From positions 1 to 27,967 of IMG/VR virus record IMGVR_UViG_3300006867_000070: a DNA stretch of 27,967 nucleotides; one strand, written 5' to 3'. The notes under the pieces are model-generated. The model ran no database searches. It saw only the letters and a list, made by a program, of their open reading frames with translations, and was not told the DNA's origin. This document shows positions 1 through 7,491 of this stretch, piece by piece. A program made the translations under genes and the position numbers. Source of the stretch: a virus. Taxonomy: Duplodnaviria > Caudoviricetes. The first letter of the stretch is position 1, and each line of letters starts with the position of its first letter.

Positions 1-2
1 GC

Positions 3-212
3 GGCAAGTTACATGCTCGGTTAAACAATCTAGCTGCGAGAATTCAACAAGATAAAATAACTTTGCCTGAAGCTTGGGCAGAGATAGAAGGATGGGTCGA
101 AGAGCTTAACGAGCCACAGCATAAGAGGTGGTTAGTGGGCGAGTTAGATGGAGTTAGATGTTATATAAACGGCAATAACATCATAATGACCAAACAAGAC
201 CTGTATCAATAA
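3..212 (+). CDS. 3' end of a hypothetical protein (truncated by window start)
   Basis: Open frame from position 3 to TAA at 210-212 (GKLHARLNNLAARIQQDKITLPEAWAEIEGW...QDLYQ*), read manually. Confidence 0.6.
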   Translation, partial: GKLHARLNNLAARIQQDKITLPEAWAEIEGWVEELNEPQHKRWLVGELDGVRCYINGNNIIMTKQDLYQ

Positions 213-230
213 GCCAACCCACGGGAGCTT
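211..230 (+). promoter_or_regulatory. Hairpin motif AAGC-CAA-CCC-AC-GGG-A-GCTT upstream of terS (copy 1)
   Basis: Near-identical to 4147-4167, with a compensatory outer base pair. Confidence 0.45.
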
Positions 231-247
231 AATCTACGGTAGATTAA
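229..247. repeat. Perfect inverted repeat TTAATCTAC-G-GTAGATTAA
   Basis: 9-bp arms around a central base, 10 nt upstream of the terS ATG. Confidence 0.8.
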
Positions 248-257
248 AATAGATACT

Positions 258-524
258 ATGGCACTAGGAAAAAAAACAGGTGGTAGAAAGAAGGGTACAC
301 CCAACAAGAAAACCTCTTCAGTTCAAGAAAAGCTGGATAGGTTGGGTTGTGATCCAATTGAAGGAATGGCCATAATAGCTAATAGAGCTATGGCTGAAGG
401 AGATTTACCTTTAGCTGGATCAATGTATAAAGAATTGGCTCAATACGTTGCACCCAAGCGTAAGACAGTAGAGCTATCAAATGAAGAAGGGTCAGGACCG
501 CTAAGGATCGAATGGAAATCGTAA
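258..524 (+). CDS. terS: Terminase small subunit
   Basis: N-terminal GKKTGGRKKGTPNK motif typical of small terminases; overlaps the start of terL. Confidence 0.8.
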   Translation: MALGKKTGGRKKGTPNKKTSSVQEKLDRLGCDPIEGMAIIANRAMAEGDLPLAGSMYKELAQYVAPKRKTVELSNEEGSGPLRIEWKS

Positions 525-1759
525 TTCCTTATAAGCCTAGAGAGCTTCAATTAGAATTCCATCAAAATATGAAAAGATGGAATCTTCTAGTTTGTCATAG
601 GCGGTTCGGCAAGTCAGTTTGTGCTATCAACCAGTTAGTTAAGTCATGTCTAACCTGTACTTTAGAGCGGCCTAGATTTGGTTATATAGCACCTTTCTAT
701 AAACAAGCTAAACAGATAGCTTGGGATTACTCTAAACACTACTCTAGACCGATTCCAAATATTAAAATAAACGAAGCCGAGCTTAGGATTGACTATCCGA
801 ACGAAGCTAGACTGCAATTGTTTGGAGCTGATAACCCTGATTCAATGAGAGGGTTATACTTTGATGGTGTTGTGCTGGATGAGTATGGAGATATGTCACC
901 ACGACTATTTACTGAGGTAGTTAGGCCAGCATTATCAGATCGCAAGGGATGGGCGCTCTTTATCGGATCTGCTAAGGGTGGAACTATCTTTCATGAGCTT
1001 TATGAGTTAGTCAAAGATGATCCTGACTGGTATGTTCAAGTCTATAAAGCCTCTGAGACAGGAATAATTGACTCGGATGAACTAGCCTCAGCACGAAAGT
1101 TAATGGATGAGGACGAGTACAACCAAGAGTATGAATGTTCTTGGACTGCAAGCATTAAAGGCGCGTACTACTCTAAGCAGCTGATAGAGGCTGAGGCAGA
1201 TAATAGGATTACTTCAGTACCCTACGAGAAGCACCTAAAAGTCCATACGTTTTGGGATTTGGGTGTTAGTGATGCAACTTCAATATGGTTTGTGCAGGCG
1301 CATGGGAAAGAAATCAGATTTATCGACTACTACGAAGCAGAGGGTGAAGGATTGCCCCACTACGCAAAGATCCTGCAAGACAAGGGTTATATATATGACC
1401 GCCATTGGGCCCCGCACGATATCAAGGTTAGGGAATTGGGAAGCGGACGTAGTAGAATTGAGACCGCTAGATCGCTAGGTATTAACTTCGATATTGCTCC
1501 AAATGATTCTATTCACAATGGGATTAACGCGGCTAGAGTCATATTTAATAGATGTTGGTTCGATGAGAAGAGATGTAAAGAAGGTATTCAAGCGCTAAGA
1601 AACTACAAGAAGGACTACAACGAGCGCAGGAGAGAATTCTCTAGAAACCCATTACACGATTGGTCATCCCATGCAGCGGACGCATTCAGATATTTTGCTG
1701 TTAGTTGGACAGACAAGAAGGATCGTAAACCAGTACAAGCTAAGGTGAATATCGCATGA
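512..1759 (+). CDS. terL: Terminase large subunit
   Basis: Walker A HRRFGKS, Walker B VVLDEY, RNase H-like nuclease motifs WDLG and SHAADAFRY. Confidence 0.97.
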   Translation: MEIVIPYKPRELQLEFHQNMKRWNLLVCHRRFGKSVCAINQLVKSCLTCTLERPRFGYIAPFYKQAKQIAWDYSKHYSRPIPNIKINEAELRIDYPNEARLQLFGADNPDSMRGLYFDGVVLDEYGDMSPRLFTEVVRPALSDRKGWALFIGSAKGGTIFHELYELVKDDPDWYVQVYKASETGIIDSDELASARKLMDEDEYNQEYECSWTASIKGAYYSKQLIEAEADNRITSVPYEKHLKVHTFWDLGVSDATSIWFVQAHGKEIRFIDYYEAEGEGLPHYAKILQDKGYIYDRHWAPHDIKVRELGSGRSRIETARSLGINFDIAPNDSIHNGINAARVIFNRCWFDEKRCKEGIQALRNYKKDYNERRREFSRNPLHDWSSHAADAFRYFAVSWTDKKDRKPVQAKVNIA

Positions 1760-1902
1760 ACATGGAGCAAATGCAGGACTTGAAACGAATGAAAGCAGAT
1801 ATCGAGGCGTTAAAGCAGCGAGTCAAAGAAATTGAAAACCGACCAAAACCAGGCCGGAAACCAAAGAGATCAGAGAATGCTATCAGACAGTCAAATAGCT
1901 AG
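1756..1902 (+). CDS. Small coiled-coil/basic protein, 48 aa (not in ORF track)
   Basis: ATGA overlap with the terL stop; MNMEQMQDLKRMKADIEALKQRVKEIENRPKPGRKPKRSENAIRQSNS*. Confidence 0.6.
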   Translation: MNMEQMQDLKRMKADIEALKQRVKEIENRPKPGRKPKRSENAIRQSNS

Positions 1903-3874
1903 TATTGTAGCGGCGGAAGAGTCGCAAGCGATTGGGTATCTTGGAGAAGGTTCTGAGATCCAACAAAACAGAGCTACACTCCTAGACTACTACAACCAAC
2001 GTCCGTATGGTGATGAGATCGACGGACAAAGCCAAGTAGTAACGAGTGATGTTAGTGACGTTATAGAAGGAATGTTGCCTCAACTGTTACGAATGTTCAC
2101 GCAAGGCCGGACGATAGGCTCATTCTCTTCTACTGACCCAAACTACGATCAAGAAGCCCAGCAAAAAGAAGAATATTCTAATTGGGTATTTATGCAACAG
2201 CACGATCCTGTTCTAATCCTTCACAATATGTTCAAAGATGCTCTCCTGCAATATACGGGAGCGGTTAAGGTTGTATGGGATGAGTCTGAAGAGTCTGACG
2301 AGGAACGTTATAAAGGTCTCTCTCAGGATGAGCTAACTAAACTCGAACTAGATACTAATTTTGAAGTTAAAGAGATCCTCCAAGACGAAGAAACCGGATT
2401 GATGGACGTAGTTGGGGAAAGAGTTAACAAGAGCGGAAAGGTTTGTATAGAGAATATCCCACCCGACGAGCTACTCATAGCAAGAAGGTCCAGAGGATTC
2501 GATAAGCCTCCATTCATCGGCCAATATACCCCTAAAACGCGCTCAGAGCTTCTAGAAATGGGTTTTGATCGTAATGTGGTAATGAGTCTAGGCCAAGATA
2601 ATCAAGATGACAGTGAGGTTAAGCTTTCTAGAGAGTTTAATTTAGAGGGTGGAGTAGATAGCAATCCTACGGGCGACAAATCCAAAGACCTCATCTATCT
2701 AGGCGAATACTATTTATACATAGATGCGGATGAAGATGGTATATCCGAATATTGGCAAGTTTTCTTCGCTGAAGGCAGAGTGTTAGAAAAGACTCGCATA
2801 GACGACCACCCATTTTGTGTTTGCGTACCTGTACCGATGCCTCATAGAGCAATAGGGACGTGCCCAGCTGACCAGGTAGCTGACCTTCAATTTCTGAAAT
2901 CAACACTTGTTCGACAGCTTCTCAACAACATATACGCTACTAACTACAACCGAATGATAGTTAATGAGCGTGTAGACCTGGACGACCTATTGACGCCTAG
3001 AGCTGGAGGCGTGATACGTGTAGACGGTTCTGGGCCAGTGGGTGATAGTGTTACTCCACTAGTCTCGCAACCTCAAACTCAAGGTATTTTACAGGCTATT
3101 GAATATACCGATTCAATGCGAGAGATCAGGACTGGAATAACGCGCTACAACCAAGGGTTAGACACTGAGAGCCTTAACAAGACCGCTACAGGCTTCCAAG
3201 GCATACGTGACATGTCACAGATGCGAATAGAGCTTATAGCGCGTGTGTTTGCTGATACGGGCGTTAAGAAGATATTCGAGCGGATTATAGAGCTGGCTAG
3301 CAAATATCAAAATGAACAGATGCAATTGCGAGTTCACGGTCAGACGTTAGATATCGACCCTTCAGCATGGCACTATAAAACGCAATGCAATATAGATATT
3401 GGATTGGGTAGCGGAGACAGGCAGGAGAAAGTAGCTAATCTGTCATATTTCTATCAACAGCAGAAAGAATTATTACAGTTGGGAAGCCCTCTAGTTGACT
3501 CTAAGAAGCTCTACAACACTCTGGAAAAGGTTGCTGTAGAGGTTGGGTTAAAGGGTGCAGATCTGTACTTCAACGATCCGGAGGTTCCTCAAGAGCTTCT
3601 ACTTGCAGAGAATGAGCAATTGAAACTAATGGTTCAACAGATGCAGGCTCAAATGAACAACCCGCTAGCCGAAGCTGAAGCAGTCAAAGCGCAAGCAGCT
3701 TTACAATTAAAGCAGATGGATGCTCAGATTAAAGTTTTACAAGAGCAAGTCAAGGCTCAAGGCAAGACCGCTGAACTACAGCAGAAAGAGCGGTTCCACG
3801 ATGATGAGATGGCTTTGGAATTAACTAAGATAGAAGCGCAGAATAGTGTTAACGTACCAGGTAGCCTAATATGA
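1877..3874 (+). CDS. Portal protein (P22/SU10-like)
   Basis: ~665 aa after terL with a C-terminal Q/A-rich coiled coil; ATG 1877 preferred to TTG 1832 because the latter lies deep inside the 48-aa ORF. Confidence 0.92.
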   Translation: MLSDSQIASIVAAEESQAIGYLGEGSEIQQNRATLLDYYNQRPYGDEIDGQSQVVTSDVSDVIEGMLPQLLRMFTQGRTIGSFSSTDPNYDQEAQQKEEYSNWVFMQQHDPVLILHNMFKDALLQYTGAVKVVWDESEESDEERYKGLSQDELTKLELDTNFEVKEILQDEETGLMDVVGERVNKSGKVCIENIPPDELLIARRSRGFDKPPFIGQYTPKTRSELLEMGFDRNVVMSLGQDNQDDSEVKLSREFNLEGGVDSNPTGDKSKDLIYLGEYYLYIDADEDGISEYWQVFFAEGRVLEKTRIDDHPFCVCVPVPMPHRAIGTCPADQVADLQFLKSTLVRQLLNNIYATNYNRMIVNERVDLDDLLTPRAGGVIRVDGSGPVGDSVTPLVSQPQTQGILQAIEYTDSMREIRTGITRYNQGLDTESLNKTATGFQGIRDMSQMRIELIARVFADTGVKKIFERIIELASKYQNEQMQLRVHGQTLDIDPSAWHYKTQCNIDIGLGSGDRQEKVANLSYFYQQQKELLQLGSPLVDSKKLYNTLEKVAVEVGLKGADLYFNDPEVPQELLLAENEQLKLMVQQMQAQMNNPLAEAEAVKAQAALQLKQMDAQIKVLQEQVKAQGKTAELQQKERFHDDEMALELTKIEAQNSVNVPGSLI

Positions 3875-4134
3875 CACCAGAAGAGAAGAAGAAACGCAAG
3901 GGAGAAGATGCCAAGCGACTATTAAGCGATCCAGTATTGAAAGAGGCGTTGTCTACTCTCAGAAACACATGCTTCAATAATATTGAATCCTCTTCACACG
4001 ACCAACAAGGTCAGCGTGAGGATTTGTATTACATGCTGAGATGCATTACAGCATTCGAACGGCAGTTAAAGCAGTATATACAGGAAGGCACGGTAAGCGT
4101 GTACAATTCAAACGTTAACAGATTAATAAGGTAA
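3871..4134 (+). CDS. Small helical protein between portal and scaffold (Bbp19-like position)
   Basis: ATGA coupling to the portal; usual position in podovirus head modules. Confidence 0.7.
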   Translation: MTPEEKKKRKGEDAKRLLSDPVLKEALSTLRNTCFNNIESSSHDQQGQREDLYYMLRCITAFERQLKQYIQEGTVSVYNSNVNRLIR

Positions 4135-4139
4135 ATTTT

Positions 4140-5060
4140 ATGAGCATAGCCAACCCACAGGGAGCTAGCATTAGTGAAGCAGTAAGTAAGTTGAAAGGCA
4201 TTCTAGCGGAGCCCTCCGAGCCAACCACAGAACAGAATGCACAGCCTGAAGCCAAACAGGAGCAGATCAACCAAGCGAAAGAGCCGGAAACGCAGTCTAA
4301 GACTAGCGACACAGAAGCCCCTAGCAGACGACGAAAAGCGAAATTAGGCGACCGTGAGATAGAGTTTGAAGTGTTGACCGATGACGTTGATCTAGATTTG
4401 ATTCCTAAAGGATTGATGATGGAGAGCGATTATCGGCAGAAAACTATGTCTCTAGCTGATGAGCGGAAAGCTTTTGAAGCTAACAAATCTGAATTCGATA
4501 CTAAGTTAGCAGAACTCCAAGACCTGGTATTAATGGAAGCTGATAATTTAGAATCGGAAGAGATGAAACAGCTAAAAGAGTATGACCCAGATCAGTATTG
4601 GAAACAGTTTGATCAGTTAAAAGGCAAAGCTGAACGTTTAAAGGAGTACAAATCTAAACGTGATGCCGAGCTATTAGAGCAACAGCAAAAGCTATTTGAG
4701 GCTGAGACAGCTAAATATACTCAACTAATTCCAGAATGGTTAGACGAGAGTGTTAAGCAGTCTGATGCGAAGATGATTATAGACTCACTATCTAAGATTG
4801 GATTCAGTCAAGACGAGATTGGTGGTTTATATGATTCGAGAATGATAGCGATTGCTAGAAAGGCAGCTCTATATGATCAAATTCAAAAACAGAACATTGA
4901 GGCGAAACGAGTTAAACCGGTTCCGAAGTCTTCAAAACCAGCGGCAACGACTGAAGCAGCGGAAAAAACGCACGGTCAGAAATCAATGGATAGACTCAGG
5001 AAAACCGGAAAGCTAGGTGACGCACAAGCAGCTATTAGAAATTTAATCCTCGGAGGATAG
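4140..5060 (+). CDS. Capsid scaffolding protein
   Basis: Acidic disordered N-terminus, DYRQKT motif, long coiled coil, C-terminal coat-binding-like helix (RLRKTGKLGDAQAAI); directly precedes the capsid gene. Confidence 0.88.
   Translation: MSIANPQGASISEAVSKLKGILAEPSEPTTEQNAQPEAKQEQINQAKEPETQSKTSDTEAPSRRRKAKLGDREIEFEVLTDDVDLDLIPKGLMMESDYRQKTMSLADERKAFEANKSEFDTKLAELQDLVLMEADNLESEEMKQLKEYDPDQYWKQFDQLKGKAERLKEYKSKRDAELLEQQQKLFEAETAKYTQLIPEWLDESVKQSDAKMIIDSLSKIGFSQDEIGGLYDSRMIAIARKAALYDQIQKQNIEAKRVKPVPKSSKPAATTEAAEKTHGQKSMDRLRKTGKLGDAQAAIRNLILGG
4147..4167 (+). promoter_or_regulatory. Hairpin motif TAGC-CAA-CCC-ACA-GGG-A-GCTA in the first codons of the scaffold gene (copy 2)
   Basis: Matches 211-230; the stem can extend with GC 4144-45/GC 4168-69. 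Confidence 0.45.
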
Positions 5061-5063
5061 ACA

Positions 5064-5165
5064 ATGACAGTACCAACTAATACAGTTACAGAATTCGACC
5101 TCGGAACCGGCGGAGCAGATTCGACCCGTGAAGATTTGAGCGATATCATCTACAATATTGCGCCT
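5064..5165 (+). CDS. Major capsid protein, exon 1 (34 aa)
   Basis: SD GGAGG at 5052-56, ATG 5064; MTVPTNTVTEFDLGTGGADSTREDLSDIIYNIAP followed by TGA at the start of the intron; REDLSDIIYNIxP-TETPF is the N-terminal motif of DUF5309/SU10-type capsids. Confidence 0.92.
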
Positions 5166-5194
5166 TGATTTCTAGGGCCATTTTATGTAGTATC

Positions 5195-5209
5195 GTAGGC
5201 TATGCCTAC
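5195..5209 (+). promoter_or_regulatory. Hairpin GTAGGC-TAT-GCCTAC sequestering the HNH start codon
   Basis: 6-bp perfect stem covering AGG and ATG 5202-04. Confidence 0.55.
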
Positions 5210-5987
5210 ACAAGTACAATGCAAACAATGTGGGAAAGCTCAAGAAGTTATCCCAGCCAGAGCCAAGACTTATAAGTTTTGTTCTTATGAGTGCAGAGGC
5301 AAATGGCGAAAAGAAAACTGGACTGGAAAGAATCATCCAAACTGGAATGATGAGGCTAGAGCTAAATCATGCAAGGGTTGTGGTGGTGAATTCAGACAGA
5401 AAAAGACAGAGGCTATATCAACTTTCAGAAGTCGAAAGTTTTGCTCCAAGCCTTGTGCTGATAAGCATGGTTTTAGATATTCTGGATCGGATCATCCAAA
5501 TTGGAGAGAAGATTCCAGGCGAAAAAATCGTAGTGGTCAGCATAAGAAATGGAGAGATGCTGTAATAAGCAGAGATAAAGCCAAATGCTGTCATTGTGGT
5601 GAGAGTGATATTGAATTACACGCTCATCATATAAAATCATACAAAGATTATCCAGAATTGAGATTTGATGTCGATAATGGGTTGACTCTTTGTTACGTTT
5701 GTCATTGGAAAGTGCATACTGCGCAAAATGCAAACGGGGTGAATTCGGGGGAAGCCTCAGCACGTAAAGGTGGTGGTAATCCCGAGCCAAGCTTGAATGG
5801 AAACATTCTTGAAGGTGTAACGACTAGAGGACGAGCCTACAGGAGATGGGTAGGCAACTGTGATTACTGTGGCAAGGTGATCAGCAAAGCATTGAGCGAT
5901 GTTAAAGGTAAAAAACGTCATTATTGCAATAAAAGCTGTTCATCAAAAAACAGAATCAAGTTGTATGGCCCAATCAAACGGCAGTAA
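5202..5987 (+). CDS. Intron-encoded HNH homing endonuclease with Zn-finger repeats
   Basis: RD..CCHCG..HAHHI..DNGLTLCYVCHWKVH HNH core; three CxxC..(F/Y)CxxxC modules; two GxxHPNW repeats. Confidence 0.92.
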   Translation: MPTQVQCKQCGKAQEVIPARAKTYKFCSYECRGKWRKENWTGKNHPNWNDEARAKSCKGCGGEFRQKKTEAISTFRSRKFCSKPCADKHGFRYSGSDHPNWREDSRRKNRSGQHKKWRDAVISRDKAKCCHCGESDIELHAHHIKSYKDYPELRFDVDNGLTLCYVCHWKVHTAQNANGVNSGEASARKGGGNPEPSLNGNILEGVTTRGRAYRRWVGNCDYCGKVISKALSDVKGKKRHYCNKSCSSKNRIKLYGPIKRQ

Positions 5988-6085
5988 TTCCTCCAAGAGC
6001 GCCCTGGCCGAAAGGTATGATATAGTCTGAGCTGCAACGGAAACTTGCAGAAGCAGTAATTAAAAAAGCTGCGATAACAAAACTG

Positions 6086-6988
6086 ACAGAAACCCCATTC
6101 ATGACCTCGATCCCACGAGTTGGAGCTTCCCAGGTTTATCACGAATGGCAAACCGATACCCTAGACGATATCGGAACCAACCGAGCTATTGAGGGCGACG
6201 ACCCAACAGCTAAGACCTACAGCGCTTCTACTCGTGTGGGTAACTACTGCCAGATCTCGCAAAAAACCGTTAGTGTGTCGGGTACTGCAATCAAATCAAA
6301 CCATGCTGGCTTTGCTAGTGCGTTATCTTACCAAGTCGCTAAACGTGGTAAAGAGCTTAAGCGAGATATGGAGAGAGCGTTAGTATCTAACCAAGCCTCT
6401 AGTGCTGGCGGTGCTGGTACTGCTAGATCCTTGGCATCTGTAGAATCATGGCTATCTACTAACAAAACCTCTGAGGGTACTGGAACGGCTCAAACTACTC
6501 CAGGCTTTGCGAGTGGTACTGTAGCAGCTCCTACTGATTCAACCGTAGCAGGTACTTTCGAGAAGGTTCCACTAGATGCCATTATCCAAGAGATCTATGT
6601 AGAAGGTGGCGAGCCTACTGTGATTATGGTAGATCCTTTCAACCGTACTAAGATTTCAGGTTTTAGCGGTATCTCAACCCTTCAAACCGATGCCAACATG
6701 AATTCTGATGTTTCATTGATTGGAGCGGTGGACTTCTACAAATCAAACTTTGGTATCTTGAAGGTAGTTCCAAATAGGTTTATGCGTTCAGCCAAGTGGA
6801 GTGATTCAGTATCTACTGCGCTAATCCTAGACCTTGATTATTGGGCAGTTGCTTACCTTCGACCGTTCGAGCTTAATCCTCTGGCTAAGACTGGCGATAG
6901 TGAAAAACGTCAAATGCTGGCTGAATTTACGCTCGAATCTCGTAACGAGGCGGCATCGGGTAAAGTAACTGATTTGACAGTTTCATAG
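6086..6988 (+). CDS. Major capsid protein, exon 2 (spliced product 334 aa; DUF5309/SU10-like)
   Basis: Begins TETPFMTSI..HEWQTD; NYCQIS, ELKRDME and LAKTGDS..EFTLE motifs; the ORF-track start at 6101 is internal. Confidence 0.93.
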   Translation, partial: TETPFMTSIPRVGASQVYHEWQTDTLDDIGTNRAIEGDDPTAKTYSASTRVGNYCQISQKTVSVSGTAIKSNHAGFASALSYQVAKRGKELKRDMERALVSNQASSAGGAGTARSLASVESWLSTNKTSEGTGTAQTTPGFASGTVAAPTDSTVAGTFEKVPLDAIIQEIYVEGGEPTVIMVDPFNRTKISGFSGISTLQTDANMNSDVSLIGAVDFYKSNFGILKVVPNRFMRSAKWSDSVSTALILDLDYWAVAYLRPFELNPLAKTGDSEKRQMLAEFTLESRNEAASGKVTDLTVS

Positions 6989-6999
6989 GCGAACGGTTA

Positions 7000-7032
7000 A
7001 CTAGCATCTTTACATATTGTGAGGGTGCTAGT
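7000..7032 (+). other. 15-bp RNA hairpin after the capsid stop
   Basis: ACTAGCATCTTTACA-TAT-TGTGAGGGTGCTAGT with three G-U pairs on the + strand; no U-tract. Confidence 0.75.
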
Positions 7033-7037
7033 AATGA

Positions 7038-7110
7038 GTGTCACACTTAGTGTCTTTTCCATATGGGTATATATATATCACCCAAGACGAAAAGACACCT
7101 AGTGTGACAT
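7038..7110 (+). other. Long interrupted hairpin (10+10+5 bp) with an (AT)n apex
   Basis: GTGTCACACT/AGTGTGACAT, GTGTCTTTTC/GAAAAGACAC, TGGGT/ACCCA. Confidence 0.8.
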
Positions 7111-7161
7111 ACTGGCAAAGAGTAATTATGTCTTACCAAGAAACAAAGGGTGGAAATATGT

Positions 7162-7491
7162 ATGAGTAGGAAGCTTCTAGATTATGATCCATTAACAAGA
7201 ACGGCTGAATGGCATTTTTACGATGAGATGTCGAAGAAAACCTATATCAAGACTGTACAGGATGTAGAGCCAATCTTGGAGACTAACAAGAGGAAGCAGA
7301 ATTCTCTGAACACATCCCGTTTTACCAAAAAGGATGATATGTATCACTTTGCATCGGTTCCAAATTCTGTATTGTTGGAATGGAAGCAAAAATACAACAT
7401 AGACTGGAACAGAAAAGAGGATCTACCAAAGATCGAGAAGCTGTTAATGTCTAGTGAATATAAATATCTAAGGACTGTTGATAGGATATGA
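7162..7491 (+). CDS. Small protein downstream of the capsid gene (putative virion/head protein)
   Basis: QDVEPIL..NK and HFASVP..L.EW motifs resemble ORFs that follow this capsid type; ATG 7162 preferred to GTG 7150. Confidence 0.7.
   Translation: MSRKLLDYDPLTRTAEWHFYDEMSKKTYIKTVQDVEPILETNKRKQNSLNTSRFTKKDDMYHFASVPNSVLLEWKQKYNIDWNRKEDLPKIEKLLMSSEYKYLRTVDRI

Larger units (their letters stand above)
5166..6085 (+). ncRNA. Self-splicing group I intron (920 nt) in the major capsid gene
   Basis: P1 with U5165-G5175 wobble; P2 5179-93/5716-30; P3 5735-41/6000-06; P4 5744-49/5781-86; P7 GACUA 5822-26/UAGUC 6023-27; P8 6007-16; P9 6032-50; terminal G6085; P10 UUUCU 5169-73/AGAAA 6088-92; splicing restores the frame. 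Confidence 0.93.

Noticed and set aside
5166-5168. Stop-codon reassignment, read-through or an intein at the capsid TGA
   Set aside because: TGA, TAG and TAA all end coupled genes normally; the HNH frame ends at 5987 and is out of frame with exon 2; no intein termini are present
5202-5987. HNH as a free-standing gene or HK97 gp74-type terminase cofactor
   Set aside because: It is enclosed by intron helices and has the accessory DNA-binding repeats typical of homing endonucleases
6400-6560. Several GGTAC(T) in the capsid gene, similar to the GTAC array
   Set aside because: They are in-frame Gly-Thr codons (GGT ACT), so they are protein-driven
6101-6988. Stand-alone 295-aa capsid ORF starting at Met 6101
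   Set aside because: It has no SD and lacks the conserved N-terminus, which is encoded at 5064-5165 across the intron
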